Below are positions 36,318 through 46,600 of a DNA stretch of 64,000 nucleotides, piece after piece. The notes below the pieces were generated by a model. That model searched no databases and was not told where the DNA came from. It saw nothing but the letters and a program-made list of their open reading frames with translations. This DNA is from Deferribacterales bacterium (lineage in GTDB: Bacteria > Chrysiogenota > Deferribacteres > Deferribacterales > Geovibrionaceae): assembly GCA_050251945.1 (NCBI GenBank), contig JBFWLW010000010.1:1-64000 (forward strand), written 5' to 3'. Position 1 is the first letter of the stretch. Each line of letters begins with the position of its first letter. The position numbers were made by a program, and so were the translations under genes.

Positions 36318-38087
36318 TCAGGAGTACTTGTAGCGTCCTGTTTCTTCCTCAAGCACATGTCCGTCGGTGCTGAGTTCCGTACTCATTTCCGCCAGAACGG
36401 AAGTTGCCTGAGTGATTTCGTCTATGCCGACGGAAACGTTCTGTATTGCCTGTTCCATCTGGGAAATCGCCGCCGCCTGTTGCTGAACTGCGGAGACAAC
36501 CTGCGATATGTTGTCGGATGTGAGAATAGAGTTATTTTTGGTAAGCTGAGCCATCTCTTTCAGGTTGCCCATGAAATCTGAGATGCCGCTTATCATGTTT
36601 ATGTTCTTTTCAACGTTTTTCACTGCGCTTTCGACCTGCTTGTTGTTCTGGTTGATGATATCGGATATCTCTTTTACGGACGATACCGTTCTTTCCGCCA
36701 GCTTACGCACCTCGTCCGCGACAACTGCAAAACCTCTGCCGGCTTCGCCAGCTCTTGCCGCTTCTATTGCTGCGTTAAGGGAAAGCAGGTTTGTCTGGTC
36801 GGCAATATCGTTTATCAGACCAAGTATATCATACATGGATTCCGAGTTGCTTTTCAGAGTATTTATATTGTCTATGAGCGATTTGCTGGACAGAACCATC
36901 TCCCCTGCCAGTTTTTCGCCCTCCTGTGTCTTATGTTCGGAGTTTTCGGCGTATTCGCGGCTCTGTTTCGCCAGATTTTCGGTTTCTGTCACCTTGACCG
37001 CAACGTCTTCAACGCCTGCGTTTATCTGATGCATGGCTGTTGATATCTGGGAAACTTCCTGATTCTGCTGGGTTATATTCGCGCCAAGCTCTTCTGTGGA
37101 AGATGAAAGCGTTGTGGAGCCGAGATTCAGTTTATCCGCCGTTTCTCTGATGCTCTTTATGGAGCGCGCAAGTTTTATGACCATCGCGGAGTTGTATTGA
37201 GTAAGTCTAGAAAATTCATTGTTGGATTTCAGCTCTTTTGAATAGTAACCGCAATCTTCGCATGATTTCAATTCACCGTTTTTCAGCTTTTCGCATTGAA
37301 TCTCCATTCCGAAGTTAGGCGCTTCGCTGCCCACAGTGAGGTAACAGGGTTCGCCCTGAACTCCGTATGCGGAGCAGTTTTTGTCATCGCAGTGCATGTG
37401 ATCGGAACAGCAGGCGCTGAATCCGTGCGTTCCCGTGTATTTCAGGTCGCCCTTTGCAACGCTTACGAAAGAGCTGAGCATCTTTTCGATGTTAGCTTTG
37501 AACAGCCTGACGGTGAGAGCGGTTGAAAGCAGCAGAACGACAAGTCCGCCTATGCTGATGAATACGATATTCCGTTCAACCATGCGGAACGAGGCGAAAA
37601 GCTCGTTAACCTCATATCCTGCGGCGAGTATCCACTTATTGTCCGGCAGGTCGGAATAGTCCACAACCTTTGTCTTGCCGTTGAAATCATATGTTATGGA
37701 GCCGTTTTTGTTTTCCAGCATGGTTTTTATGAAATCATAATTGGCTATACTGGTGCCGATAAGCTGGTGATTTACATGAAAAAGAACGCTGCCCTTTTCG
37801 TCGAGAATGAAAAAATATCCATTTTCGCCAAGTTTGTTTGAATCCACAAACCTGCTTATCTGCGAATATTTTGTGCTTTCAGTAACGTCACTGGCAAGCA
37901 CCTCTTTAACATAATACTCAAGGATGCGGTTCATTTCCGCCGAGCGCATCTGGGCTATGCCTTCGGCATTGATATTGTTATAGTGACGCGTCATCAGAAT
38001 TATGACCGCAAAGATAACGATAGAGATAAGTGTGATAGGCAGCAGAAGCTGCGCGGACACGCTTATCCTGCGTGTGAAACTGCTCAT
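36318..38087 (-). CDS. Methyl-accepting chemotaxis protein with a Cache domain and a Cys-rich insert
   Basis: Two TM helices, Cache GYFFILD and the signalling domain [39 protein letters not shown] before the ATG at 38087. Confidence 0.95.
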   Translation of the reverse strand: MSSFTRRISVSAQLLLPITLISIVIFAVIILMTRHYNNINAEGIAQMRSAEMNRILEYYVKEVLASDVTESTKYSQISRFVDSNKLGENGYFFILDEKGSVLFHVNHQLIGTSIANYDFIKTMLENKNGSITYDFNGKTKVVDYSDLPDNKWILAAGYEVNELFASFRMVERNIVFISIGGLVVLLLSTALTVRLFKANIEKMLSSFVSVAKGDLKYTGTHGFSACCSDHMHCDDKNCSAYGVQGEPCYLTVGSEAPNFGMEIQCEKLKNGELKSCEDCGYYSKELKSNNEFSRLTQYNSAMVIKLARSIKSIRETADKLNLGSTTLSSSTEELGANITQQNQEVSQISTAMHQINAGVEDVAVKVTETENLAKQSREYAENSEHKTQEGEKLAGEMVLSSKSLIDNINTLKSNSESMYDILGLINDIADQTNLLSLNAAIEAARAGEAGRGFAVVADEVRKLAERTVSSVKEISDIINQNNKQVESAVKNVEKNINMISGISDFMGNLKEMAQLTKNNSILTSDNISQVVSAVQQQAAAISQMEQAIQNVSVGIDEITQATSVLAEMSTELSTDGHVLEEETGRYKYS

Positions 38088-38284
38088 TATTGCCTCCAAA
38101 TCAAAATATCCGGTGCGAACGTCTAAAAACGTTTGTCAATAAAAAAAGAGGCGTAGGTTGTGTATGAATATTCAGCAATGGTGAAAAATAAAATTGTCGA
38201 ACCATGCTCAATAATAATGTCATACATACAATTATATTGTCAAACGGAAAATATTTGAATGAACGATGGTTGTTAACGGGTTAA

Positions 38285-38851
38285 CTAAGGGTGTGAGATT
38301 ATTAAGTTTATCTTTTTGTTTATCTGTTTGATATATCTGTCCTCTTCGCTGTATATGCACCCGCAGTAAGGCTGTCGGTACATGTTTCTTTCCTTTGAGC
38401 AGTCTATGCCCTTTTGCCAGCCTTCGCGGAAGTCGTGATAGAAAAAATCTATGGCAAAACGTATGGACATTTCCTGAGCGATTTTTTTCATGAGTTCGTG
38501 GTTCTGGTATCTGCTGTAGAAGAGAGTGCTGGAGAACGCGTCAAACCCTTCCTCTTTCGCTTTTTTTGCCGCCGCTTCAAGCCTGACCGTGTAGCAGTAT
38601 GCGCACCGGTTCGCGATATCCTGTGCAACGTTCTTTGTGAACTCCTGAATGCCGTACACGTTGTCGGTTAACAGCGGGATATTCTCGTCTCTGTCAAACT
38701 GCGCAAGAGTCTCAAATCTCTTAAAGTATTCGGTCACGGGGTGGATGTTCGGATTGAACCAATACCCCGAGATGCTGTGTCCCATGCCCTTTAATATCTC
38801 CACAGGGTAAACAGAACAGGGTCCGCAGCATTGGTGCAGAAGTATATTCAT
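38285..38851 (-). CDS. queH: Epoxyqueuosine reductase QueH
   Basis: LLHQCCGPCS, NPNIHP, RCAYCY and YRQPYCGC. Confidence 0.93.
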   Translation of the reverse strand: MNILLHQCCGPCSVYPVEILKGMGHSISGYWFNPNIHPVTEYFKRFETLAQFDRDENIPLLTDNVYGIQEFTKNVAQDIANRCAYCYTVRLEAAAKKAKEEGFDAFSSTLFYSRYQNHELMKKIAQEMSIRFAIDFFYHDFREGWQKGIDCSKERNMYRQPYCGCIYSEEDRYIKQINKKINLIISHP

Positions 38852-39024
38852 TGTATGCTCACTTCAGGCGGATTTTTCAATTTTTTCGGTATATCGCCAG
38901 TGTGAGACAGATCTTTTTCACACTGACCTCCGTTTATAACTTCCGGCGATTTTAATTGATTTATAAGCTTAATTCAATAGAGTTTCGGGCTGTTTTCGTG
39001 GTATTTTATCCTGTGAGGTGAGAT

Positions 39025-39579
39025 ATGAAAAAAGTGCTTGTTATTCTTGCTGACGGATTTGAAGAGATAGAGGCTGTGACAGTCGTTGATATCCTCCGCA
39101 GAGCAGAGATAGACACAGTTACATGCGCGCTGAAAGAGGGGCTTGTGGAGAGCGCCAGAGGGGTGCGTGTTCAGGCGGACACTGAGATTATTAAAATAGA
39201 TGCGAACGACTATGACATGATAGTTTTGCCGGGCGGACTTTTGGGCGCAAAGAATATAGACGAGAACGAACAGGTTCGATATATCGTTGAAAAATATAAT
39301 CGCGAGGAAAGGTTCATTGCGGCTATCTGCGCAGCGCCCTATATGCTGGCCAAAAGCGGGCTTATCAAAGACTGTATGATGACCTGTTATCCGACGTACA
39401 AAGGTATTGTTGAGCAGCTCTGCGACTATCAGGTGGCGGAGGTTGTCGTCGACGAACATATTATAACCAGCCGCGGACCTGCCACTGCTCCGGAGTTTGC
39501 CTTCACTCTGGTGGAACTTCTGAAAAGCGAGGCGGCGGCTCAGAAACTGCGCGAAGCCATGCTTTACGACCAGAAGTAA
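39025..39579 (+). CDS. DJ-1/PfpI (YajL/ThiJ-like) protein
   Basis: GFEEIE, LPGG, AAICAAP and TSRGP. Confidence 0.93.
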   Translation: MKKVLVILADGFEEIEAVTVVDILRRAEIDTVTCALKEGLVESARGVRVQADTEIIKIDANDYDMIVLPGGLLGAKNIDENEQVRYIVEKYNREERFIAAICAAPYMLAKSGLIKDCMMTCYPTYKGIVEQLCDYQVAEVVVDEHIITSRGPATAPEFAFTLVELLKSEAAAQKLREAMLYDQK

Positions 39580-39621
39580 TTAGCACGCAATTTGCTGACA
39601 TTCTGTATACGAGGTGCAATT

Positions 39622-40218
39622 ATGAACAGTATATGGAGTGTTAAAGAAACTGAAAACGACGGGAGCGTTCAGTTCAGAAAACCGTCAACTGTTTCGGAAC
39701 AAGTGGATTTTACATTAATGATGATGAACATGTCCGACACATCGGCTGTGGATTTGTTCAATGACAGCGTGGAAGGAAATGCCTTATCCGGCAATCAGCC
39801 TCTTCTGCCCACACGTCAGAATGTGGAGGAAATTTCCGCCTATATGGAAGATCAGATTAACGATGCCTTTAAAAGAGCCGGCATCAGTACTGACGAGGCG
39901 GTCACTTTCACCGTTGGTTCGGATGGCAGTCTGAAAGTTAACGGTGACAGGGACGATATCGGCGAAATTCAGGAGCTTTTTGAGGATAATCCGGATCTTT
40001 CAAACAAGATGAAGAGTTTCATCGGGCTGGCATCAGAGATGCCCAAATTTGAAAGGGCGATAGAGTTTCAGATAAAATATGAGAACGCGGACAGTAAAAG
40101 GGAGATAGATGCCCTGATGAAAGAATACGCCGACCTGTTCGACGGCAAGGAGCATTATAACTCCACCTTTGCCTTTGACACAGGCGGAATGAATATCGAT
40201 ACCACTTTTACAGCATAA
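39622..40218 (+). CDS. Hypothetical acidic protein
   Basis: GAGGTG SD before the ATG at 39622; long open frame followed by a terminator. Confidence 0.7.
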   Translation: MNSIWSVKETENDGSVQFRKPSTVSEQVDFTLMMMNMSDTSAVDLFNDSVEGNALSGNQPLLPTRQNVEEISAYMEDQINDAFKRAGISTDEAVTFTVGSDGSLKVNGDRDDIGEIQELFEDNPDLSNKMKSFIGLASEMPKFERAIEFQIKYENADSKREIDALMKEYADLFDGKEHYNSTFAFDTGGMNIDTTFTA

Positions 40219-40237
40219 AAAAGGGGCTTTCGCCCCT

Positions 40238-40379
40238 CAGGTTGTTGAAAAAATCAATTTTGATGAAATCCAATGAGACTGCTTCGTCGCCATGCTCCTC
40301 GCAGAGACGTTTTTTTGTCTTCGCGAGGAGCGCATGCGATGACGCGATCTCGCATTTTACGGACTTTGTCATCAGTCTG
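40238..40379 (-). mobile_element. MITE-like element (142 bp), second copy, in inverted orientation
   Basis: The reverse complement begins CAGACTGATGACAAAGTCCGTAAAATGCGAGATCGCGTC, matching 13591. Flanked by AGGGGCTTTCGCCCCT and AGGGGCTTCTTTCGCCCCT. Confidence 0.8.
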
Positions 40380-40404
40380 AGGGGCTTCTTTCGCCCCTTT
40401 TTCT

Positions 40405-40911
40405 TTATTTCTTTATAAAAGCTGTCAGTTTTTCGTAATCTGGAGCGTTTGTGGCTTCGGGAACAATTTCCGCATAGGTCACAACGTCGTTTTTGTCCAC
40501 AACGAAAACGGCGCGTGCCAGAAGACGGAGTTCCTTGATCAGAACACCGAAAGCCGTTCCGAAGGAAGCTTCTTTGTGGTCGCTGAGAGCCACCGCCTTG
40601 TCAATTTCGGCCACTGTGCAGAATCTTTTGATGGCGAACGGGAGATCCATGCTGATGTTCAGCATCACTATGTCGTCGCCCATTGACGCAACCTCTGTGT
40701 TAAGCCTGCGGAGCTGGAAATCGCAGACGGGAGTGTCCAGAGAAGGGGTCACGCTGATAACCTTCGTTTTACCCGCGTAGTCTTTAAGTGTCACGGGGGC
40801 GAGTGTCTGGGAAACTACTGTAAAATCGGGCGCTTTATCGCCGACTTTCACTTCGCCGCCGACAAGTGTCATGGGATTGCCTTTCATGGTTACGATGCCG
40901 GTTCTTTCCAT
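40405..40911 (-). CDS. tpx: Thiol peroxidase Tpx
   Basis: PSLDTPVC, SMDLPFA, RFC and ARAVFVVD. Confidence 0.95.
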   Translation of the reverse strand: MERTGIVTMKGNPMTLVGGEVKVGDKAPDFTVVSQTLAPVTLKDYAGKTKVISVTPSLDTPVCDFQLRRLNTEVASMGDDIVMLNISMDLPFAIKRFCTVAEIDKAVALSDHKEASFGTAFGVLIKELRLLARAVFVVDKNDVVTYAEIVPEATNAPDYEKLTAFIKK

Positions 40912-41120
40912 AAAAATCTCCTTGATTTTGGATGTATGCAATTATACACTTATTTTATCCTGTATCGACAGAAAAAGGTGTTTTTTGTTAACAAACATTT
41001 CCAAAAATCCGATTGCTTAATGCGGACATAGGTTTAAAAGATCAGAGGGTCTTTTGCGCCTTTTTGTCCGTTTCTCAAAACATTAACAATATCATTAACT
41101 TGAAAATACGGAGTATGGAA

Positions 41121-42077
41121 ATGAACGATAGATTCAGAGTTATCTTTGCATCCAGAGAAATTTATGAACTTAAGGGCGGATACCGTGCGGTGCTTTCGGG
41201 CAAATTGAGAAATTCCGCCGGCAGCCTTCCGGTTGTGGGGGATATGGTTATCTGTTCCGACGGATACGTTATAGAGAGTGTTGAGCCACGCAAAACTGAG
41301 CTGAAGCGGAGTAGTCCGTCCGGCGGCGCGGGTATGCAGATTCTGGCGGCGAACGCAACCCATCTGCTCATCGTTATGGCGATTGGTGCGGGATTCAGCA
41401 TCCGCAGGCTGGAACGCTTTCTTGTGCTTGCCGCATCGGCAGGGATACAGCCCGTTGTTGCGCTTACCAAGTGCGATACGGTGAATCCCGTTGATGCTTT
41501 TGTTGCGGAGAGCGAGGTCAAAGACGTAGCGGGTATTCCGGTATTCTGCACAAGTATCGTAACTGGCGAGGGTATCAGTGAGCTTTCCGGTTATTTTTCA
41601 GAAGGGGATATAATCTGCCTCACGGGGCTTTCCGGTGCAGGAAAGTCAAGTCTGCTCAATGCCATATGCAGAACGGATCTTGAAACGTCCGCCGTGCGCG
41701 AAAGCGACGGCAAAGGTAAGCACACAACCACCGCCAGACATTTCATAGAGACCGGAAACGGTTATGCTTTTATAGATACGCCCGGACTTCGGGAGGTCGG
41801 GATTGGCGGAGATGCGGGAGCCGTTGAAGAGGTGTTCGACGACATAGCAAAATATGCGGAAATGTGCCGTTTCTCCGACTGCTCACATACCAACGAGCCG
41901 GATTGCGCCGTTCTTGCCGCTGTGGCGTCCGGTGCGCTGAGTGCTGAAAGACTTGCAAGTATGCATAAGCTGAGAAAAGAGTCCGCGGCGAAGAACGAGG
42001 CGGAGCGGAAAGTCAGGGATAAACAGCTGTCAAAAACGGTGAAACGGATCAAGAAACTGGGCGTGAGCCGCCACTGA
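41121..42077 (+). CDS. rsgA: Ribosome small subunit-dependent GTPase RsgA
   Basis: TKCD, GLSGAGKSSL, GKHTTT, DTPG and zinc finger CRFSDCSHTNEPDC. Confidence 0.93.
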   Translation: MNDRFRVIFASREIYELKGGYRAVLSGKLRNSAGSLPVVGDMVICSDGYVIESVEPRKTELKRSSPSGGAGMQILAANATHLLIVMAIGAGFSIRRLERFLVLAASAGIQPVVALTKCDTVNPVDAFVAESEVKDVAGIPVFCTSIVTGEGISELSGYFSEGDIICLTGLSGAGKSSLLNAICRTDLETSAVRESDGKGKHTTTARHFIETGNGYAFIDTPGLREVGIGGDAGAVEEVFDDIAKYAEMCRFSDCSHTNEPDCAVLAAVASGALSAERLASMHKLRKESAAKNEAERKVRDKQLSKTVKRIKKLGVSRH

Positions 42078-42142
42078 TATAGGCGGTTTCAAAACAGAAC
42101 GAAATATGATATGTTATCTGATGTTTTAATCTGAGGTGTCTT

Positions 42143-42562
42143 ATGCCTAATGTTACAAGAATTACGGTATCCATAGACGAACCGCTTCTGGATCAGTTTG
42201 AGAAATTTCTTGCGGATAACGGCTATCCCACCCGCTCAGAGGGCGTTAAGAGCATAATGCGCAAGGCGCTTATAGAGAGTGAATGGCTGACTGAAAACAC
42301 AGAGGTTGCCGCCACCATAAGTATGGTTTACGACCACCACAAGGCGGGGGTTATGCAGAAACTTACGGATATCCAGCATGATTTCGGCGAACTTGTGGTC
42401 TGCACACAGCACGTTCACCTCGACCATCACAACTGCATGGAAGTTCTTATCCTTAAAGGGCTTGCCTCAAGGATACAGGATTTCCACAATGCGCTGAAAT
42501 CGGTGAAGGGATTGAAACACTGCGCACTGTCCGCCGCCACAACAGGCGAGGACATTCACTGA
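42143..42562 (+). CDS. nikR: Nickel-responsive regulator NikR
   Basis: Ribbon-helix-helix RITVSI...RSE, YDHH and HVHLDHHNC. Confidence 0.96.
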   Translation: MPNVTRITVSIDEPLLDQFEKFLADNGYPTRSEGVKSIMRKALIESEWLTENTEVAATISMVYDHHKAGVMQKLTDIQHDFGELVVCTQHVHLDHHNCMEVLILKGLASRIQDFHNALKSVKGLKHCALSAATTGEDIH

Positions 42563-43314
42563 GCTATAAAAACATCGGCTGCCTGTCCGGCAAGCTGCTG
42601 ACGTAACTTCAATTGTTCGGGTGAATCTATTGCGATGCGTACAGCAAAGTAATAGGTTTCATCCGGACATTCGTACCATCCGATATACCAGCCCGAAGCA
42701 TCTTTTGTCGCCCAGCCTGTTTTCCCGTATTGCGTACAGCCTTTGAAACTGCCTGAGAGCATTGCATCCTGAACGTATCTGACTGCGGTCTGGTTCAAAC
42801 GGAAATAATCTGTGTTGAATTTCTGCAGGAAATCTATCTGCTCAACGGGGCTTATTCTCAGATTGCCGATGAGCCAGAAAGGATATTCGCCGGATACGTC
42901 TTTGTTGCCGTAATTGAAAGCTGAAACGTATACGTTCAGCACATCCTGTCCGAGCCTTTTTCCGACTTCTTCAAACACCCATACGGCGCTTGCCTTTATG
43001 GCTTCTTTCAGCGTCATATCTCTGTTCCATTCGTCTCTTCCGCGTTTTGTTCCGTCCCATTTGAAAACTTCGTCAGGTCTTATAATGCCTGAATCCAGTG
43101 CCGCGAGAGCGTGGGGAACTTTAAACGTGCTGGCGGGGAGCGTTTCGGCTATGGTTTTTTCTCTGTCCGAAACGTAGATGATGCCTTTGGATGCGGGATA
43201 AAAGACTATCGCCGCGTCATAGGGGGCGGCAATCTTTTTAAGAATGTCCGACTGCTGAATTTCATGTGCATGTGCTGTTGAGAAACAAAGGAGCAAAATT
43301 ATTAAATATTTCAT
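42556..43314 (-). CDS. Class D beta-lactamase (OXA-like) / penicillin-binding transpeptidase
   Basis: Signal peptide; PASTFK, SAV, YGN, FWL and KTG motifs. Confidence 0.88.
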   Translation of the reverse strand: MKYLIILLLCFSTAHAHEIQQSDILKKIAAPYDAAIVFYPASKGIIYVSDREKTIAETLPASTFKVPHALAALDSGIIRPDEVFKWDGTKRGRDEWNRDMTLKEAIKASAVWVFEEVGKRLGQDVLNVYVSAFNYGNKDVSGEYPFWLIGNLRISPVEQIDFLQKFNTDYFRLNQTAVRYVQDAMLSGSFKGCTQYGKTGWATKDASGWYIGWYECPDETYYFAVRIAIDSPEQLKLRQQLAGQAADVFIAQ

Positions 43315-43320
43315 GATCTT

Positions 43321-43351
43321 AAAAAGGGACCGCCGTCTGAGCGGCAGTCCC
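43321..43351 (-). terminator. Intrinsic terminator of the arg-glyQ transcript
   Basis: On the minus strand, GGGACTGCCG-CTCAGA-CGGCGGTCCC-TTTTT. Confidence 0.75.
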
Positions 43352-43379
43352 GTGTGTAAAATTTTTGCTGAAACCCATG

Positions 43380-43493
43380 AGACTGCTTCGGGCAAACCCT
43401 CGCAGAGACAGATCAGTCTTCGCGGGGAGCACTAGCCGAAGGCTGAATTAGTCCGCTTTAAACTATTTGTCAGATAAAGCGACGCGGCGATCT
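43380..43493. repeat. REP doublet; the second unit is interrupted by an insert of about 50 bp
   Basis: AGACTGCTTCG...CCTCGCAGAGAC then GTCTTCGCGGGG...[insert]...ACGCGGCGATCT. Confidence 0.7.
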
Positions 43494-43512
43494 CCTGTTT
43501 TCTAAAGGACTG

Positions 43513-44382
43513 TTATCTTCCCAGAAGAGGGAAACCGAGTTCCTCTCTGTGTTTAAGATAGTTTTCCGCGCAAATTTTCGCCAGATAGCGTACGCGGGCT
43601 ATATAACCTGTGCGTTCGGTGACGGATATTGCGCTTCTCGCATCCAGAAGGTTAAAGGTGTGGCTGCATTTCAGGCAGTAGTCATATGCCGGAAGGGGCA
43701 GGTTCACTCCGTTCAGCCTTTTACATTCGTTTTCGTACATATCAAACAGCTTAAACAGCATGTCCGTGTCGGCATGTTCAAAGTTGTGGGCGGAATATTG
43801 AACCTCATTGGCGTGGTAAACGTCTCTGTAGGTTATTTTTTCGTTCCACTTAAGGTCGTAGACTGACTCAACGCCCTGAAGATACATGGTAATACGTTCC
43901 AGTCCGTAGGTTATTTCGCCCGAAACGGGTTTCAGGTCGATACCGCCCGCCTGCTGGAAATAGGTGAACTGGGTGATTTCCATGCCGTCAAGCCAGACCT
44001 CCCAGCCAAGTCCCCATGCGCCGAGGGTGGGGGATTCCCAGTCGTCCTCAACGAAGCGGATGTCGTGTTCCGTCTTGTCTATGCCGAGCTGTTTCAGGGA
44101 CTCAAGGTAGAGTTCCTGAATGTTATCGGGTGAAGGTTTCAGGAGCACCTGAAACTGATAGTAGTGCTGGAGTCTGTTGGGGTTTTCCCCGTATCTGCCG
44201 TCTGTGGGTCTGCGGCTGGGCTCCACATAGCAAACGTTCCATGGTTCAGGTCCCAGACAGCGCAGGAAAGTTGCGGGGTTGAAAGTACCCGCACCCACCT
44301 CTATGTCGTATGGCTGATACACTATACAGCCCTGATCAGCCCAGAATCTTTGAAGTTTCAGTATGACGTCCTGAAAATACAT
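43513..44382 (-). CDS. glyQ: Glycine-tRNA ligase alpha subunit
   Basis: [35 protein letters not shown] and EITYGLERI. Confidence 0.98.
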   Translation of the reverse strand: MYFQDVILKLQRFWADQGCIVYQPYDIEVGAGTFNPATFLRCLGPEPWNVCYVEPSRRPTDGRYGENPNRLQHYYQFQVLLKPSPDNIQELYLESLKQLGIDKTEHDIRFVEDDWESPTLGAWGLGWEVWLDGMEITQFTYFQQAGGIDLKPVSGEITYGLERITMYLQGVESVYDLKWNEKITYRDVYHANEVQYSAHNFEHADTDMLFKLFDMYENECKRLNGVNLPLPAYDYCLKCSHTFNLLDARSAISVTERTGYIARVRYLAKICAENYLKHREELGFPLLGR

Positions 44383-44395
44383 TAGCTTTTCTCCG

Positions 44396-45607
44396 TTATT
44401 TCTTTGCTCTGGCGGCGTGGGCTTTCAGAGGAAGCGCGTGGAGCTTGATGAAGCCCACGGCGTCTGTCTGGTTGTATGCGCCCGAATCGTCTTCCATGGA
44501 AACCACAAGCTGGTTGTACAGCGAGTATTTGGATTCGCGTCCGATGCAAGTAATGTTGCCTTTGTACAGTTCGAGACGGACTTTGCCTGTTACGAACTTC
44601 TGGCTTTCGTCAAGCAGAGCGCGCAGGCAGTCCATTTCAGGGCTGTACCAGTAGCCGTTGTATACCAGAGTTGCGAATCTGGGCATAAGCGTTTCTTTAA
44701 GGTTGATGGTCGCGCCGTCCAGCGTAAGCGCCTCAAGGTCGCGGTGCGCAGCATAAAGGATGGTGCCGCCGGGTGTTTCGTACACGCCGCGGGACTTCAT
44801 GCCCACATATCTGCTTTCAACCATATCTATACGTCCGATGCCGTGTTTTCCGCCTATTTTATTAAGCTCTTTCAGCATTTCTGCCGGAGAGTATTTTTTG
44901 CCGTTCAGTTTGACAGCCACGCCATTCTCAAATTTCAGTTCGATGATCTCCGCCTCGTCGGGGGCGTTTTTCGGATCGACTGTGTATTCAAACATGTCTG
45001 CCGGCGGGCGTTTTGACGGGTCTTCAAGTATGCCTGCTTCAAAGCTTATGTGGAGCAGGTTGTCGTCTGAACTCCATGGTTTGTCAGAAGTCGCCTTAAC
45101 GGGGATGCCGTGTTCCTGTGCGAAGTCCATAGCTTCTTTACGCCCTTTGATGACGTTAAAGAATTCCGGCATTCTCCACGGAACGATGGTTTTCAGTTCG
45201 GGGTTCAGAGCGGCAGCGGTAAGCTCGAAACGAACCTGATCGTTTCCTTTGCCCGTTGCGCCGTGTGCGAGGAATTTTGCGCCTGTTTTCTCTGCCACCT
45301 CAACCATTCCCTTTGCGATGATGGGGCGTGCAAGGGATGTGCCGAGCAGATATCTGCCTTCGTAAACTGCGTTGAATTTCACCGCTTCAAAAACGAAGTC
45401 TTTAACGAACTCTTCTTTGAGGTCGAGTGCATAAAAATCCACAGCGCCGGATTTCATAGCTTTTTCTTTTATGGCGGCAACATCGGGAAGCTGACCGAGG
45501 TCTGCAACGTATGCGACAACGTCATAGCCCTTAAGCTGGAGCCATTTCAGGATAACGGATGTGTCCAGACCGCCGGAATAGGCGAGAACAACTTTATCTT
45601 TTGCCAT
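44396..45607 (-). CDS. argG: Argininosuccinate synthase
   Basis: [24 protein letters not shown] and [11 protein letters not shown]. Confidence 0.98.
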   Translation of the reverse strand: MAKDKVVLAYSGGLDTSVILKWLQLKGYDVVAYVADLGQLPDVAAIKEKAMKSGAVDFYALDLKEEFVKDFVFEAVKFNAVYEGRYLLGTSLARPIIAKGMVEVAEKTGAKFLAHGATGKGNDQVRFELTAAALNPELKTIVPWRMPEFFNVIKGRKEAMDFAQEHGIPVKATSDKPWSSDDNLLHISFEAGILEDPSKRPPADMFEYTVDPKNAPDEAEIIELKFENGVAVKLNGKKYSPAEMLKELNKIGGKHGIGRIDMVESRYVGMKSRGVYETPGGTILYAAHRDLEALTLDGATINLKETLMPRFATLVYNGYWYSPEMDCLRALLDESQKFVTGKVRLELYKGNITCIGRESKYSLYNQLVVSMEDDSGAYNQTDAVGFIKLHALPLKAHAARAKK

Positions 45608-45667
45608 TTTGTCCCTCCGAAAATTTGTATATGTCCTTAAGATTGCCGCAGGCGCGGCAGCCTGTGT

Positions 45668-46600
45668 TTACCTGTTTCCCATCACCTTGAGCATCACTGC
45701 TTTCTGGGCGTGGAGTCTGTTCTCCGCCTCGTCCCAGATGATGGAGTTTTTGCCTTCAAGAACGTCCTCTGTCACCTCAAGCCCTCTGTAAGCGGGCAGG
45801 CAGTGCATAAACAACGTTTCTTTGCCTGTCGCCGCCATAAGAGCCGCATTGACCTGATAGTCTTTGAATATCTTCTTGCGCGCCTCTTTTTCGGCTTCCT
45901 GTCCCATGCTCGCCCACACGTCGGTGTAGATGAAGTCCGCGCCTTTAACGGCGTCGTAGGGATCGCGCACCAGCTCTATTTTAGCACCGGTGATCTCCGC
46001 TGTCTTCCTCGCTTCGTCATAAACGTGCTTTTTGCATTCGTAGCCTTCCGGAGATGCCACGCTGATATCTATGCCGAATTTTGCCGCACCGTAAAGCCAT
46101 GACTGAGCCATGTTGTTTCCGTCGCCTATGAACGCAACCTTAACGTCATAAGATTGTTTGTATTCATAGATGGTCTGGAGATCCGCCATCACCTGACATG
46201 GGTGAAAGTCGTCCGTGAGACCGTTGATAACCGGAACGGATGAATACTCTGCCAGCTCCTCGATTATATCGTGTCCCTTGGTTCTGATCATGATGCCGTC
46301 AACGTATCTGGAAAGGGTGCGTGCGGTATCCTTGATAGTCTCGCCTCTGCCCAGCTGTATGTCGTTCGAGCTGAGATAAAGCGGATAGCCGCCCAGCTCG
46401 TACATGCCGGTTTCAAAGGAGACCCTTGTCCTTGTTGAAGGTTTTTCAAAGATCATCGCCAGTTTTTTGCCTTCCAGATGGTGATGGCGTACGTTGTTTC
46501 TGTTTTCCGCTTTAAGTCTGACAGCGGTCTGTATCATCTCTTTAAGGTCTTCTGCGCTCCAGTCTCTGAGCGTTAAAAAGTCTCTTTTCATATCATTCAC
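45668..46600 (-). CDS. argF: Ornithine carbamoyltransferase
   Basis: STRTRVSF, HPCQ, DVWASMG and HCLP. Confidence 0.97.
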   Translation of the reverse strand: MNDMKRDFLTLRDWSAEDLKEMIQTAVRLKAENRNNVRHHHLEGKKLAMIFEKPSTRTRVSFETGMYELGGYPLYLSSNDIQLGRGETIKDTARTLSRYVDGIMIRTKGHDIIEELAEYSSVPVINGLTDDFHPCQVMADLQTIYEYKQSYDVKVAFIGDGNNMAQSWLYGAAKFGIDISVASPEGYECKKHVYDEARKTAEITGAKIELVRDPYDAVKGADFIYTDVWASMGQEAEKEARKKIFKDYQVNAALMAATGKETLFMHCLPAYRGLEVTEDVLEGKNSIIWDEAENRLHAQKAVMLKVMGNR

